The notes under the pieces: model-generated
What the model was told of the DNA's origin: nothing
What the model saw: only the letters and a program-made list of their open reading frames with translations
Database searches by the model: none
From: an uncultured Gammaproteobacteria bacterium
GTDB taxonomy: Bacteria > Patescibacteriota > Microgenomatia > Levybacterales > UBA12049
Direction: 5' to 3'
DNA length: 55,393 nt
NCBI GenBank assembly: GCA_964564035.1
Contig: CAZLZN010000006.1
Coordinates: 1 to 55,393, forward strand
In this document: one piece after another, positions 44,089-53,389 of the stretch
Numbering within the stretch: position 1 is the first letter of the stretch
Layout: each line of letters begins with the position of its first letter
Position numbers and translations under genes: made by a program

Positions 44089-46839
44089 ATGCATGAACGC
44101 GAAAATTTGCGACAACAAAGGACAGTGGATAGGCGAGATGTAAAGGAACCGAAGATGCAAGGTGTCCGCTCGCGCGTTCATGTCGAGCCCGTTACGGATT
44201 ACCGTGCTGGATTCGCCACGAAAGAGTCAGGCATCAATTCTTACCGAGATTCTTCGGCACCAAAAGATCTTTCCCGGCGCTCTTTTCTTTCAGGCATTAC
44301 GGCATCAATCAGCGCAAATATTTTACCGCCGGTATCTTTTCGGGCACTCGCAGAAGTCGAAAAAAACCATGACAACAAGCCTGTTCAAATTGATAATGCC
44401 TCCCCGGCACTGGCTTCCTTCCCCAGCGAAGATGCCTGGCTGAAAGCGTGGGTTCCGCGATTGCTTGAGCAAAAGAGGATTGATGTCCTAAATGCCCGGA
44501 AAATCCTTGCATTGCATTCGGAGGCGAACATCAAACAATTAGAAGCGGCAGTTTTTAATCTTGATCATTATTTGCGCATGGCTTCTGTAAATATGCTTGC
44601 TTACCGGCAGGAGAGCGAGGTGCTCTTGCGTGTCTTGGGATCAAAAGACGCACACGAGTATCCATCGGCAGAACCCGATGTTCGTATCACGGCGGTGCGG
44701 GCATATACAAAGTCCGGCGGGACCCTGGAGGAACTCCTCGTCAGGCCGCTCGATCTGGATGAGCAGATAGACCGGGAGATAACGGACCTAGCCGTTAGCA
44801 CGTGCGATGCCGGCAAATTGATGAGTTTGATTAAGCGTTACCCGCATCGCCAGGAATTCTTGCGCGTTGGACTTGCCGGGCTTTTGGTGCGTGAGCGGCA
44901 GGGTTCTAAAGAATCAGCAGTCATGTCGGTCTCGGAGGCCGGTTTTCCAATGGCAAACGGAGTAGCATCTGCCGTTTTTCATCCTGAAACGGGTAGATTG
45001 GAGTTACGCAGTTCGATATTGCACCGGGAGTTTTTAGGTACTCAGTCGGAGACAGTCTCGGATCGCCTGGGTTGGGTTATGAGACAGGATGGCAAAGAAC
45101 TGTCTTTTAAATCCGCATTAACCAAAAATTATATGGATGAGACTCCTATCATCCAAGTTGAACAATCTCTGGGAAATACCGGCGGCAAAGTAAATTATTA
45201 TTATTTTGTCCCGTTTGCTGCATCAAGGACTGAAGACCGCGAAGCCTCATTGGTAATGCTGGCACATGTTGAGGCGCCTCCAGGTACAGACGACATTCTC
45301 GAACTCGAAGCGGCCCCGTGTATCAACCCCCGGGCTTTCTCAACCCGTCTTCCCGATAGACAGGTTTCAAACGGCAATTTCTGGCGGGGCACTGTCATTT
45401 CGGTTGATAATAAGCAAACCCAATACGCCGGAACGGATCCTGAGCAATTACTGGCCAAGGAGCATGCGTTTTGGCACAGGGTGCGCGAGCGTGTCCAAAT
45501 GCCCGAGGGAATGAACGAAGGTGAACGTGAACTATATATTAGGTCATATAACACCCTGCTTATGGGCCAGCATCCGGATGGTCCCGTAGTAGCCAGCTTA
45601 CCTCCGGCTGATGCATATCGGATTCCCTGGGTTCGAGATATGACTTACGCTATGCAGGCTATGCTTTCGGCCGGATTGCAGGATGAGTTCGAGAGGGGAG
45701 CGGCGTTTCTTTTCAGTCCGGAAGTGCGTACATACGGCCCGGATAGCGATTATTTCCGGTTCAGGGGAGCTTTCAGGGGAACACAGATGCCTCGTACAGT
45801 TTCTCTTGTGCGTTATGATCGATATGCTGACAAGCAAGGTAAATTGCGCTGGACGGAGAGTTGTGATCCGATTAACGAGGATATAAATGGTAATGGTGGT
45901 GATAATAACCGCAACGTAGAATTTGATGGTTTAGGCTTGGCGTTACACTCCTTAGGCAAATACGTATCGATAGCTAGGGAGCGGGGCTGGGACATGCGTC
46001 GTGTAGAAGTTTTTTTGCGTGAACATTGGGATGCAGCAAGTTTATACACGGCGGATGTATTAACCGATGAACTATTAGATCCCCGGTATGGACTAATAAA
46101 ACCTGATTCGGGATTTTCCGAAAGACATCATCCCGGCAGATGGTATGCATATACATCTGTCACCGCTGCAGTAGGACTGCGTGAGGCCTCAGAAGTTGCC
46201 GGTATGCTTGGCGACACAGCCCGGCAGAAGAAATATGCAAATGCCGCCGAACGCATCAAAGATGGAGTATTGAAACATCTCGTGACGCGTTCAGAAGCGG
46301 GGGATCTGACGATTCGCGCGACACTTGATGACACAAATCTCATTACAGGTATGGAAGCCCTTTCGCTTGAGGCCATCACTCTTGGCTTTCTCAACCTGAA
46401 AGACCCGGAAGAATATCAACTTGCAAAGGGGATTATTCGTACAACTGATGAACATCTTACATTTCCGGGAACGCCGGGGACCCGCCGGGCAACGGTCACG
46501 GAATGGATGGGGTTGACCGACTGGTTTTTTGCAGATTTGCGCAAAGCAACCGCGCTCTTTATGATGAGCCGGGAACGCATTCAATCCGGCGATCCCAAGG
46601 AAGGAATTCCGATGCTCGCGCGAGGCGAGGAAATTATGGACTGGGTTGGTTCATGGGCGAGGGCTCATCATGGGATGATAGGTGAACAGGTCGGGTTTGA
46701 TTACCGGGATCCGAGGTCTCTTGTATATACGAACATCAATATGGTCGGTTACGGCGGCGGGATATATATTATGGCCATGGAAGCTATGAAGCAGGCACAG
46801 TCCGTCGACTCAGGCAATCGTTTTAAGCTAAGGGATTAA
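44089..46839 (+). CDS. Glycoside hydrolase family 15-like protein (glucoamylase/trehalase-type (alpha/alpha)6 barrel) with twin-arginine-like signal
   Basis: DLSRRSFLSGITASI resembles a Tat motif (S-R-R-x-F-L). YIRSYNTLLMGQHPDGPVVASLP...YRIPWVRDMTYAMQAML is the GH15 pattern (W-x-R-D). The gene is markedly more GC-rich than its neighbours. ATG 44089 is preferred over TTG 44074, but the true start is uncertain. Confidence 0.75.
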   Translation: MHERENLRQQRTVDRRDVKEPKMQGVRSRVHVEPVTDYRAGFATKESGINSYRDSSAPKDLSRRSFLSGITASISANILPPVSFRALAEVEKNHDNKPVQIDNASPALASFPSEDAWLKAWVPRLLEQKRIDVLNARKILALHSEANIKQLEAAVFNLDHYLRMASVNMLAYRQESEVLLRVLGSKDAHEYPSAEPDVRITAVRAYTKSGGTLEELLVRPLDLDEQIDREITDLAVSTCDAGKLMSLIKRYPHRQEFLRVGLAGLLVRERQGSKESAVMSVSEAGFPMANGVASAVFHPETGRLELRSSILHREFLGTQSETVSDRLGWVMRQDGKELSFKSALTKNYMDETPIIQVEQSLGNTGGKVNYYYFVPFAASRTEDREASLVMLAHVEAPPGTDDILELEAAPCINPRAFSTRLPDRQVSNGNFWRGTVISVDNKQTQYAGTDPEQLLAKEHAFWHRVRERVQMPEGMNEGERELYIRSYNTLLMGQHPDGPVVASLPPADAYRIPWVRDMTYAMQAMLSAGLQDEFERGAAFLFSPEVRTYGPDSDYFRFRGAFRGTQMPRTVSLVRYDRYADKQGKLRWTESCDPINEDINGNGGDNNRNVEFDGLGLALHSLGKYVSIARERGWDMRRVEVFLREHWDAASLYTADVLTDELLDPRYGLIKPDSGFSERHHPGRWYAYTSVTAAVGLREASEVAGMLGDTARQKKYANAAERIKDGVLKHLVTRSEAGDLTIRATLDDTNLITGMEALSLEAITLGFLNLKDPEEYQLAKGIIRTTDEHLTFPGTPGTRRATVTEWMGLTDWFFADLRKATALFMMSRERIQSGDPKEGIPMLARGEEIMDWVGSWARAHHGMIGEQVGFDYRDPRSLVYTNINMVGYGGGIYIMAMEAMKQAQSVDSGNRFKLRD

Positions 46840-46955
46840 GTCAAAGCGCAGGAACAAATTTCGTGAATATAGACTTTTAAAGCGTGAAACCGCTGAGTAT
46901 TTCCTCGGTGAGTTTCAGATATTACCCCAATATTGAGAAATTTAATACTAACCGT

Positions 46956-47282
46956 CTAAAAACCAAGTTTTCGCTTGACCTTGTTATTTAGATACTTATT
47001 TAACTTATCTTTAAAACCTTGGCCTTTTCGTGCATATCTGAACTCATAGCTAACCCCTGGCAATTTGGATCTGAGATTAAAGCCGCCAAGATTATCTACT
47101 TCAAGTCTATTAAATACATGGTCCGCCCCATTTAGCTCGATATGAACTTTATTTGGTGTATATACAGAAACAGTGGCCACCTTTCCCTCCGGAGTCTTAT
47201 ACTTTTTTGGCGTTAAGCCAGGCTCAACAGTTTTTACCCAAATTGTTTGCCCGAACACTTTTGTATCCCTCTCAATAGTCAT
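46956..47282 (-). CDS. Hypothetical protein (108 aa)
   Basis: ORF only. Confidence 0.5.
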   Translation of the reverse strand: MTIERDTKVFGQTIWVKTVEPGLTPKKYKTPEGKVATVSVYTPNKVHIELNGADHVFNRLEVDNLGGFNLRSKLPGVSYEFRYARKGQGFKDKLNKYLNNKVKRKLGF

Positions 47283-47345
47283 AATAGCGGATTTTACTCT
47301 TAAGCTCGGATATTTGCAAGAAGTCAGACAGAATTTGAATTAGAA

Positions 47346-49136
47346 TTATTTTACCGTAACGCTCTTGGCCAGATTTCGCGGCTTATCAGGATCAAGTTTC
47401 TTTTTAACAGCAATAAAATACGCCAGAAGCTGAAGGGGGACAACATGTGTAATAAGCGGTGCTCCTGTCTCGCTGACCTCGATCCACGTATCAAAAGCAG
47501 GATTATTCTCGCTTGAAATCCCGATAATATGTCCGCCGCGCGATCTTATCTCAATCGCGTTTGATATCGTCGCATCATAAGTCTCATCCTTGGGCGCAAT
47601 GACAATAACCGGTGTGCCTTTGGCGACAAGCGCGATCGTTCCATGTTTCAGTTCTCCTCCGGCAAGCCCCTCCGTATGAATATAACTGACTTCTTTGATT
47701 TTCAAAGCGCCTTCAAGGGCTGCGGCATATGAAATTCCCCGCCCGATAATATAGATATGTTCATTGTCCGATAAGAATGACGCAGTATCTTTGATTTTCT
47801 CAATCTGTTTTTTATCAAGCATTTTCAATATAACCTTTACTGCTTTATTTAGTATAGTTTTCGCTTCACCAGGTTTATTTGCCAAAGCAAACGACAGCAT
47901 CATCAGTATCGCGATTTTGGCGATAAACGCTTTTGTGGACGCGACGGCCATTTCCGGCCCGGCGCCGAGTAGTAATTTATAATCACCCATTCTATACACT
48001 GTCGAGCCAAGTACGTTTGTGATCGCGACAATTTTACTGCCCCGCTTTTTGACGTGACTAAGCGGCTCGACCACATCAATCGTCTCTCCGCTTTGCGATA
48101 GGGGAATGATCAGGCTGTCTTTGGTAATAAAATCCTCCAAATAATTAAACTCCGATGCGGGAGCCGTATTTACATGGCGGTGGGCAATTTTTGAAAAAAG
48201 ATAAGTACCGGCGAGACAAGCATTAAAAGCAGTGCCGCATCCTATGAAATAAGTGCCCCGCGCTTTTCTAATCGCTTCAGCTATCTGTTCTATCTGGTCA
48301 CCATATGTATTTGCGATGTTGTTTATGACTCTGGGCTGATCATATATTTCTTTGAGCATAAAATGCTCAAACTTTCCTTTGTCTGCCTGTTCGGCTTTCC
48401 ATTCAATTGTTTCGATCCCCGGAATTTTTTCGGCGCCTGTTTCGAGGTCATATACCTTAAAAATTTTATTGAGCGAAATAAGTTCATTGTCCCTCAGAAA
48501 AATTACTTTTTTCGTAAATGGCAATATCGCGCTGGTGTCAGACGAGATCAGATACTCACCATTGCCGATGCCCGCGATAAGAGGCGAGCCGTTTTTGGCC
48601 GCTACAATTTCCTTATCTAGAGTATTGATCGCGACAATCGCGTTTAGCCCTTTGAGGTTATTGAATGCTTTGCTTACGGCTTCTCGGAATGGCCGGTTCT
48701 GATTTAGAGAATCTTCGATCAAATGCGCTATTACTTCCGTATCCGTATCTGATCTGAATTTGTGCCCTTTTTTAATTAATTTATTTTTAAGCTCCTGATA
48801 ATTCTCAATTATCCCGTTTTGTATCACAGCGACACGCCTCTCGCAGTCAAATTGCGGATGTGCATTTTCGTCTGTTACTCCGCCGTGTGTTGCCCAGCGG
48901 GTATGTCCAATCGCGATAGAATTCGGTGCAGAAAATTTGGGATCTAACTGTGCGCCGCCGATCTTGCCGATGTGTCTTTCATGAATAAATCTGGTTCTGA
49001 TATCATCCCTCTTTGATTTAAGCTGAGCGGCAACTCCCCATGAGTCATACCCTCTGTATTCCAAAAGCTTAAGTCCTTCAAGCACGATATTGGATGCATT
49101 TTCTTTTTTTCCTATATAACCGAATATTCCGCACAT
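47346..49136 (-). CDS. glmS: Glutamine--fructose-6-phosphate aminotransferase (isomerizing)
   Basis: MCGIFGYIG (Ntn Cys), GHTRWATHG, two SIS domains, and C-terminal ...AKSVTVK. Full length. Confidence 0.95.
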   Translation of the reverse strand: MCGIFGYIGKKENASNIVLEGLKLLEYRGYDSWGVAAQLKSKRDDIRTRFIHERHIGKIGGAQLDPKFSAPNSIAIGHTRWATHGGVTDENAHPQFDCERRVAVIQNGIIENYQELKNKLIKKGHKFRSDTDTEVIAHLIEDSLNQNRPFREAVSKAFNNLKGLNAIVAINTLDKEIVAAKNGSPLIAGIGNGEYLISSDTSAILPFTKKVIFLRDNELISLNKIFKVYDLETGAEKIPGIETIEWKAEQADKGKFEHFMLKEIYDQPRVINNIANTYGDQIEQIAEAIRKARGTYFIGCGTAFNACLAGTYLFSKIAHRHVNTAPASEFNYLEDFITKDSLIIPLSQSGETIDVVEPLSHVKKRGSKIVAITNVLGSTVYRMGDYKLLLGAGPEMAVASTKAFIAKIAILMMLSFALANKPGEAKTILNKAVKVILKMLDKKQIEKIKDTASFLSDNEHIYIIGRGISYAAALEGALKIKEVSYIHTEGLAGGELKHGTIALVAKGTPVIVIAPKDETYDATISNAIEIRSRGGHIIGISSENNPAFDTWIEVSETGAPLITHVVPLQLLAYFIAVKKKLDPDKPRNLAKSVTVK

Positions 49137-49271
49137 TTATGAAATCAATTCTAGTTTTAGTCATATCGAAAGTCAACAGCTTAAATATACTTTTGAACTT
49201 GTTCGTGGTTGTAGTATATGTTAATATAGTTGATATTTGGCGGCACAGAATGTGCCAGCCGCGTTTGACGC

Positions 49272-49343
49272 GGCGCGGTGGCGAAGTGGTAACGCAGCTG
49301 TCTGCAGAACAGCCATTCACCGGTTCGAATCCGGTTCGCGCCT
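49272..49343 (+). tRNA. tRNA-Cys (anticodon GCA)
   Basis: Acceptor ggcgcgg/tcgcgcc, anticodon arm gctgt-ctGCAga-acagc, T arm accgg-ttcgaat-ccggt, discriminator U (as expected for Cys). 72 nt. Two small GC hairpins lie immediately upstream (ggcaca-gaa-tgtgcc; gccgcg-tttga-cgcggc). Confidence 0.85.
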
Positions 49344-49350
49344 CTATAAT

Positions 49351-49409
49351 TAGGGCTTAGGGCTTAGGGCTTAGGGCTTAGGGCTTAGGGCTTAGGGCTT
49401 AGGGCTTAG
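49351..49409. repeat. Perfect tandem array: 8 x TAGGGCT (= TTAGGGC) plus partial unit
   Basis: Counted directly: 56 nt of exact heptamers from 49351 to 49406, then tag. The array begins 7 nt after the tRNA-Cys 3' end. Confidence 0.95.
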
Positions 49410-49814
49410 TATTAAGTATTTCCGCTCTCACTTTTTGACATACCTTTCACTTCAAAACGAGACTCTCAGATCTTCACTAAATTGTAACTGCTCACTGGAC
49501 TTTCAAAAATTGTCATTGTACAGGATTAATACCGCGATTTGATCCTATGAGAAGAAATTCCAAATTCAAAGCACCAAATAACAAATAATATCAAAATACA
49601 AATAATTAAATCCACAATTTATTTTGACTGCGTAATATGCGAATTTGATATTTGAATTTATATATTTGGTTTTATTTGTAATTTGTAATTTTGGATTTGT
49701 AATTTAATTTATTAACCAGAATGACATTTGTCATAGATTGTGATAAAAGCCAAAGAGCACTTACACTGAATTAATTTGACTATTTATAGTTTTTAGACTA
49801 TATTGCGGGTACAT

Positions 49815-50015
49815 ATGGCATCAAGAGCAGAATATTATCAGGGATCAGGAGGGGAGCGGTCATTCGCCGAAAAAGCCGGCTGGTACACTACAGCGCTAGG
49901 TTTGACCGCAATTGGTATCGGGCTTATTGCCGGTTATCCAAATCTGGCCGCGCTCGGCTTGGCGGTAACAGTTGGAGGAGTCCTAATAGGAAGTACCGGC
50001 GGCAAGTCAAAATAA
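49815..50015 (+). CDS. Small Gly-rich two-helix membrane protein, hypothetical
   Basis: WYTTALGLTAIGIGLIAGYPNLAALGLAVTVGGVLIGSTGG. ATG 49815 lies within ORF 49803..50015. Confidence 0.45.
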   Translation: MASRAEYYQGSGGERSFAEKAGWYTTALGLTAIGIGLIAGYPNLAALGLAVTVGGVLIGSTGGKSK

Positions 50016-50309
50016 ATGCAGAGGAGACATATGGCAGGAAGTCCTGAGGCAAGAAGCCAAGCGCTTGAAAAATACAAAAATTTCAATAAACTGACGTTCG
50101 TCGGCTCTTTAGGAGTGGCAGGGGTATCCGCTTTTGTAGCGCCTCCCCTCGTAGTTCCCGCGCTCGGGTTTGCGGCAATTGACGGTGCCCAGATTATCGC
50201 GATAAATAAAATTAACAAAAAGAATTCAGTTCAGAAACAAGAATTAAGACACGCTAATGATAACGAAAAAATTATTTTTAGATCTTCTGATTTGAAACAC
50301 TCAGCATAA
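50016..50309 (+). CDS. Small Gly-rich membrane protein, hypothetical (tandem to previous)
   Basis: The ATG directly abuts the previous stop (TAAATG). FVGSLGVAGVSAFVAPPLVVPALGFAAIDGAQIIAI. Confidence 0.45.
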   Translation: MQRRHMAGSPEARSQALEKYKNFNKLTFVGSLGVAGVSAFVAPPLVVPALGFAAIDGAQIIAINKINKKNSVQKQELRHANDNEKIIFRSSDLKHSA

Positions 50310-50554
50310 TTTATGGAAAGAATCAAAAACAATATTGAGAGCAATAAGAGTAATCAACGGGATCGAAAAACAGCACCAATCGCCCGCCGAATCCTTCTCG
50401 GCTATGCAGATAGCATTAAAAATAAACCCCTCCGCACCCTCGCGCGATTATTATTTAAATAAAAGCATAACCCCAATTTTTTTACGTGTGACAAATAACC
50501 TAAACATATATTTTGTCTTTAGCATAGTTTCTTGTTATAATAGCCTCTATTGTT

Positions 50555-52432
50555 ATGGAAGCACGTCGCCCATCAGTTGAGAGCTCCGGCATTGCCCCTC
50601 CTCAATCCGAATCCAAATTTCATCGCGAACAAACAGCGCGTTTAAAGCGCTTTTACATCGGCATGGCGGACCCCACGGAAGAAAATTTGCTTAGAGCATG
50701 CCGTTTATTAAATAAGCTACCGTTTGAGTCATTAAAAAAATTGAGCAGCAAAACTTTAAATGCGCATCATAGTCCGCAAAATATATTTGCAAATGAAGGT
50801 GAGAATACTACTGAAAGAGAAAAATTAAATAAAGGAACCGGCAATACTGGCTGGTTAATAGATGACATTTTAATTAGAAGAAAAAATCCCTTTGATAGTA
50901 AAGAAGTAAAACTCAGCGACGCGGAACTGCGCGAAATCGCATCAAGGCAATACGATTCATTATTGAAAGAGAATAAAAAGAGCGAAATATTTAAATTATC
51001 AGAGGCCGTTAAAAATGAGAGCGACCTGCAAAGACGTTCAGAGCTAGGATCAATTTTGGCCGTTATGATTAGGGAGCCTGGGTTGCCTGAGGATTTTTTG
51101 CGCTACAATATGCAAATTTCAGATATTGCTCGATCAGCTGGGGAGAGGGCAATATTTGAAGACCGGCTCGAGAAGATGCCCAAAAAGGACCGCCTGCATT
51201 TTAAAATATTAAGAAAAAAATATGGCGCAAAAGGAGCTAACTTACTTTTATTAAATGGCGTAATTGAGGAAATAAATATGCTTTATGATACAGAGAATTA
51301 CCAATTAAAGATACCCGAATTTCAGGTAGTACCTGCTTCTCTATACGTTGAGTGGAAGTCTGGTAAGCCTACTGAAAAACAATTGACTCATTATTATCAG
51401 CAAGTACAAAAAATTAATCATACGGATCGTTCAGCGGGAGTAATTGTCAGAAGCAGTGCTATCCATTCCGAGGACGGAGAAAAAGTTACAGGTGCCGGTA
51501 TTTATGATTCGGTTCCGATCTTAGATGATAATCTAAACTATAACAGCTTTAAAAACGCTGTAGTTGATGTTTATAAATCAACAAATAGTGATAAAGCTCG
51601 GGCTTATCGCAGGGAACATGGGATAAAAGAGGAGCAAATGGGTCTTATTGTGCAGGATTATCTGTACGTCGACAATGAAGGTTATCTCAATACGCACTTG
51701 CCGGGCGTCCCCGGTCTTACTGAAATTGTAACCCGCAGAAGCAGGAATTTTGTAAAACATAATGAATTGGATTTTTATTTAGCAAGCGTTATTTATAGTA
51801 AGGGCTTCAAAGATGCACATCATTTTCCTCCTGATGAGAACAGGGTCCAGTCTCAAGCGTTGTTGGCGCTTGGCCAGAGAGCTATGATTTTAGAACGGCT
51901 ATGGGGTAATAGTATCCAACTGGAATTCGTCTTGCTGGGTGATAAGTTTGCGTTCAATAATAGCATAAACTTAGTGCAAATTCGTGATATACCAACAGTG
52001 CTCAGTTCAAAGCACACGGAAATAATTTTTCCGGAGGAGAAGCCGCTGCATATGGGGGCTGCAATTGGCGTTGCAGACGCTTCCTACGATATTTTAGATA
52101 CTCATAGTTTCAATAATAAAAAAAGGGGATTAGTAGTGTTATCAGAAAACCATGAATGGTCAAAGTTTGGTGATGAGCGCAAACTGCCCAAAGAAGTGGT
52201 AGTTATGTTGGTAAACTCATGGGGAGCCAACGGCCACATCCAGACTATATGCGCCGAGCGGGGCTTGATATGTATATATCCAGGTGATTTATCGCGCTCC
52301 GATTATCAGGGAGAGATGCCGGTAAATATCAACTATAATGAATTCATGAATAAAAAAGTAGTCAGAGTAGTGTCAAACGGTATTGAGGCAAGAGTTTATG
52401 ATGTAAATGATAATGAAAAATCAGCCAAATAA
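50555..52432 (+). CDS. PEP-utilising / pyruvate-phosphate-dikinase-like phosphotransferase with N-terminal extension of about 200 aa
   Basis: YGAKGANLLLLNG...LKIPEFQVVP resembles the PPDK_N ATP-grasp start (G-x-K-G-A-N-L). The C-terminal NSWGANGHIQTICAERGLICIY resembles the swivelling phospho-His domain (G-G-x-T-S-H-A-A-I-V-A-R-E-x-G-I-P). Confidence 0.65.
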   Translation: MEARRPSVESSGIAPPQSESKFHREQTARLKRFYIGMADPTEENLLRACRLLNKLPFESLKKLSSKTLNAHHSPQNIFANEGENTTEREKLNKGTGNTGWLIDDILIRRKNPFDSKEVKLSDAELREIASRQYDSLLKENKKSEIFKLSEAVKNESDLQRRSELGSILAVMIREPGLPEDFLRYNMQISDIARSAGERAIFEDRLEKMPKKDRLHFKILRKKYGAKGANLLLLNGVIEEINMLYDTENYQLKIPEFQVVPASLYVEWKSGKPTEKQLTHYYQQVQKINHTDRSAGVIVRSSAIHSEDGEKVTGAGIYDSVPILDDNLNYNSFKNAVVDVYKSTNSDKARAYRREHGIKEEQMGLIVQDYLYVDNEGYLNTHLPGVPGLTEIVTRRSRNFVKHNELDFYLASVIYSKGFKDAHHFPPDENRVQSQALLALGQRAMILERLWGNSIQLEFVLLGDKFAFNNSINLVQIRDIPTVLSSKHTEIIFPEEKPLHMGAAIGVADASYDILDTHSFNNKKRGLVVLSENHEWSKFGDERKLPKEVVVMLVNSWGANGHIQTICAERGLICIYPGDLSRSDYQGEMPVNINYNEFMNKKVVRVVSNGIEARVYDVNDNEKSAK

Positions 52433-52490
52433 TTTTTCAGGGATGAACGGAGCGCGGAAATATTGTATAATACTCTTTGATTAGATATAA

Positions 52491-52514
52491 TCCGGGCATC
52501 TAGTTCATCGGCTA
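52491..52514 (+). pseudogene. Duplicated 5' fragment of tRNA-Ile (3 nt of leader + nt 1-21)
   Basis: tccgggcatctagttcatcggcta is identical to 52592-52615. It is followed by a long hairpin cccgc-at-tgc-t-acgc-aaa-gcgt-t-gca-g-gcggg (about 52519-52551). Confidence 0.7.
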
Positions 52515-52594
52515 CCTGCCCGCATTGCTACGCAAAGCGTTGCAGGCGGGGAACGCATTCTGAACTTATGCTCTGATATATTTAAGTGAATTCC

Positions 52595-52667
52595 GGGCAT
52601 CTAGTTCATCGGCTAGAACGCTTTCCTGATAAGAAAGAGGCGCGTGGTTCGATTCCACGGATGCCCA
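52595..52667 (+). tRNA. tRNA-Ile (anticodon GAU)
   Basis: Acceptor gggcatc/gatgccc, D arm gttc-atcggcta-gaac, anticodon arm ctttc-ctGATaa-gaaag, T arm cgtgg-ttcgatt-ccacg, discriminator A. 73 nt. Confidence 0.85.
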
Positions 52668-52726
52668 CAGCAGTCACGCTGAGATTAAAATAAAAAAATA
52701 TAACCTGGCCCGCAACAATTAAACCC

Positions 52727-53389
52727 ATGATAAAAATTCAAAAACTCGACCTGTTGATCTCCCTATATATCGGACTAATTGCCATATCCGAACTCCTCGG
52801 CGCGAAAACATTTCCGCTCGTCAAAATATTCGGATACCAGCTCAACGCCAGTGTCGCGATATTCACATTCCCATTCATATTTACGATCAACGACATGATT
52901 ACCGAAGTATACGGCAAAGAAAGAACCAGAAGCATTATCCAGTCAGGATTAATAATTATACTAATTATATTTCTGTTCAATTTATTCGCGACATCTCTCC
53001 CTCCGTCAGCCAGGTTTGCAGCGACGGAAAGCGCGTATGATACTATTTTCAGTCTTTCGGCACGTATTGCTGCGGCAAGCCTTATCGCGTTTACCATTGC
53101 AGAATTTATGGACGTACTGATTTTCGTCAAGATCCGCGAGAAATTAGGCAAAAGCAAACTATGGCTTCGCAATAACCTTTCCAATTTCACCGCGCAGTTA
53201 TTTGACACAACAATATTTATGTTTCTGGCTTTTTACGCACTTGATAAACCATTTGACGCGAACCTGTCATTCCTGCTAAGCCTGATAATTCCTTACTGGC
53301 TTTTAAAATGTTTCGCGTCAGTTATTGAAACGCCGTTTGTCTACCTCGGCGTCAACTGGCTAAAAAAAGATAAATCAAAAAAAGGATGA
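52727..53389 (+). CDS. yhhQ: Queuosine-precursor transporter (YhhQ/VUT, DUF165 family)
   Basis: FTFPFIFTINDMITEVYGKERTRSII and the six-TM layout are typical of YhhQ. Confidence 0.8.
   Translation: MIKIQKLDLLISLYIGLIAISELLGAKTFPLVKIFGYQLNASVAIFTFPFIFTINDMITEVYGKERTRSIIQSGLIIILIIFLFNLFATSLPPSARFAATESAYDTIFSLSARIAAASLIAFTIAEFMDVLIFVKIREKLGKSKLWLRNNLSNFTAQLFDTTIFMFLAFYALDKPFDANLSFLLSLIIPYWLLKCFASVIETPFVYLGVNWLKKDKSKKG

Noticed and set aside
49137-49271. A possible glmS ribozyme in the glmS 5' leader.
   Set aside because: I could not recognise any of the conserved GC-rich core or pseudoknot segments. The leader is AT-rich and short. An Infernal scan would settle it.
49351-49409. The TTAGGG(C) array as a eukaryote-type telomere, a contaminant, or a CRISPR array.
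   Set aside because: The unit is a 7-mer and lies internal to the contig. Bacterial tRNA and genes flank it on both sides, and there are no spacers. Related degenerate arrays occur in other spacers of the same contig.
52668-52726. A possible preQ1 riboswitch upstream of yhhQ.
   Set aside because: Only 59 nt are available. There is no closing P1 stem for cctgg and no typical stem-loop with an A-rich tail.
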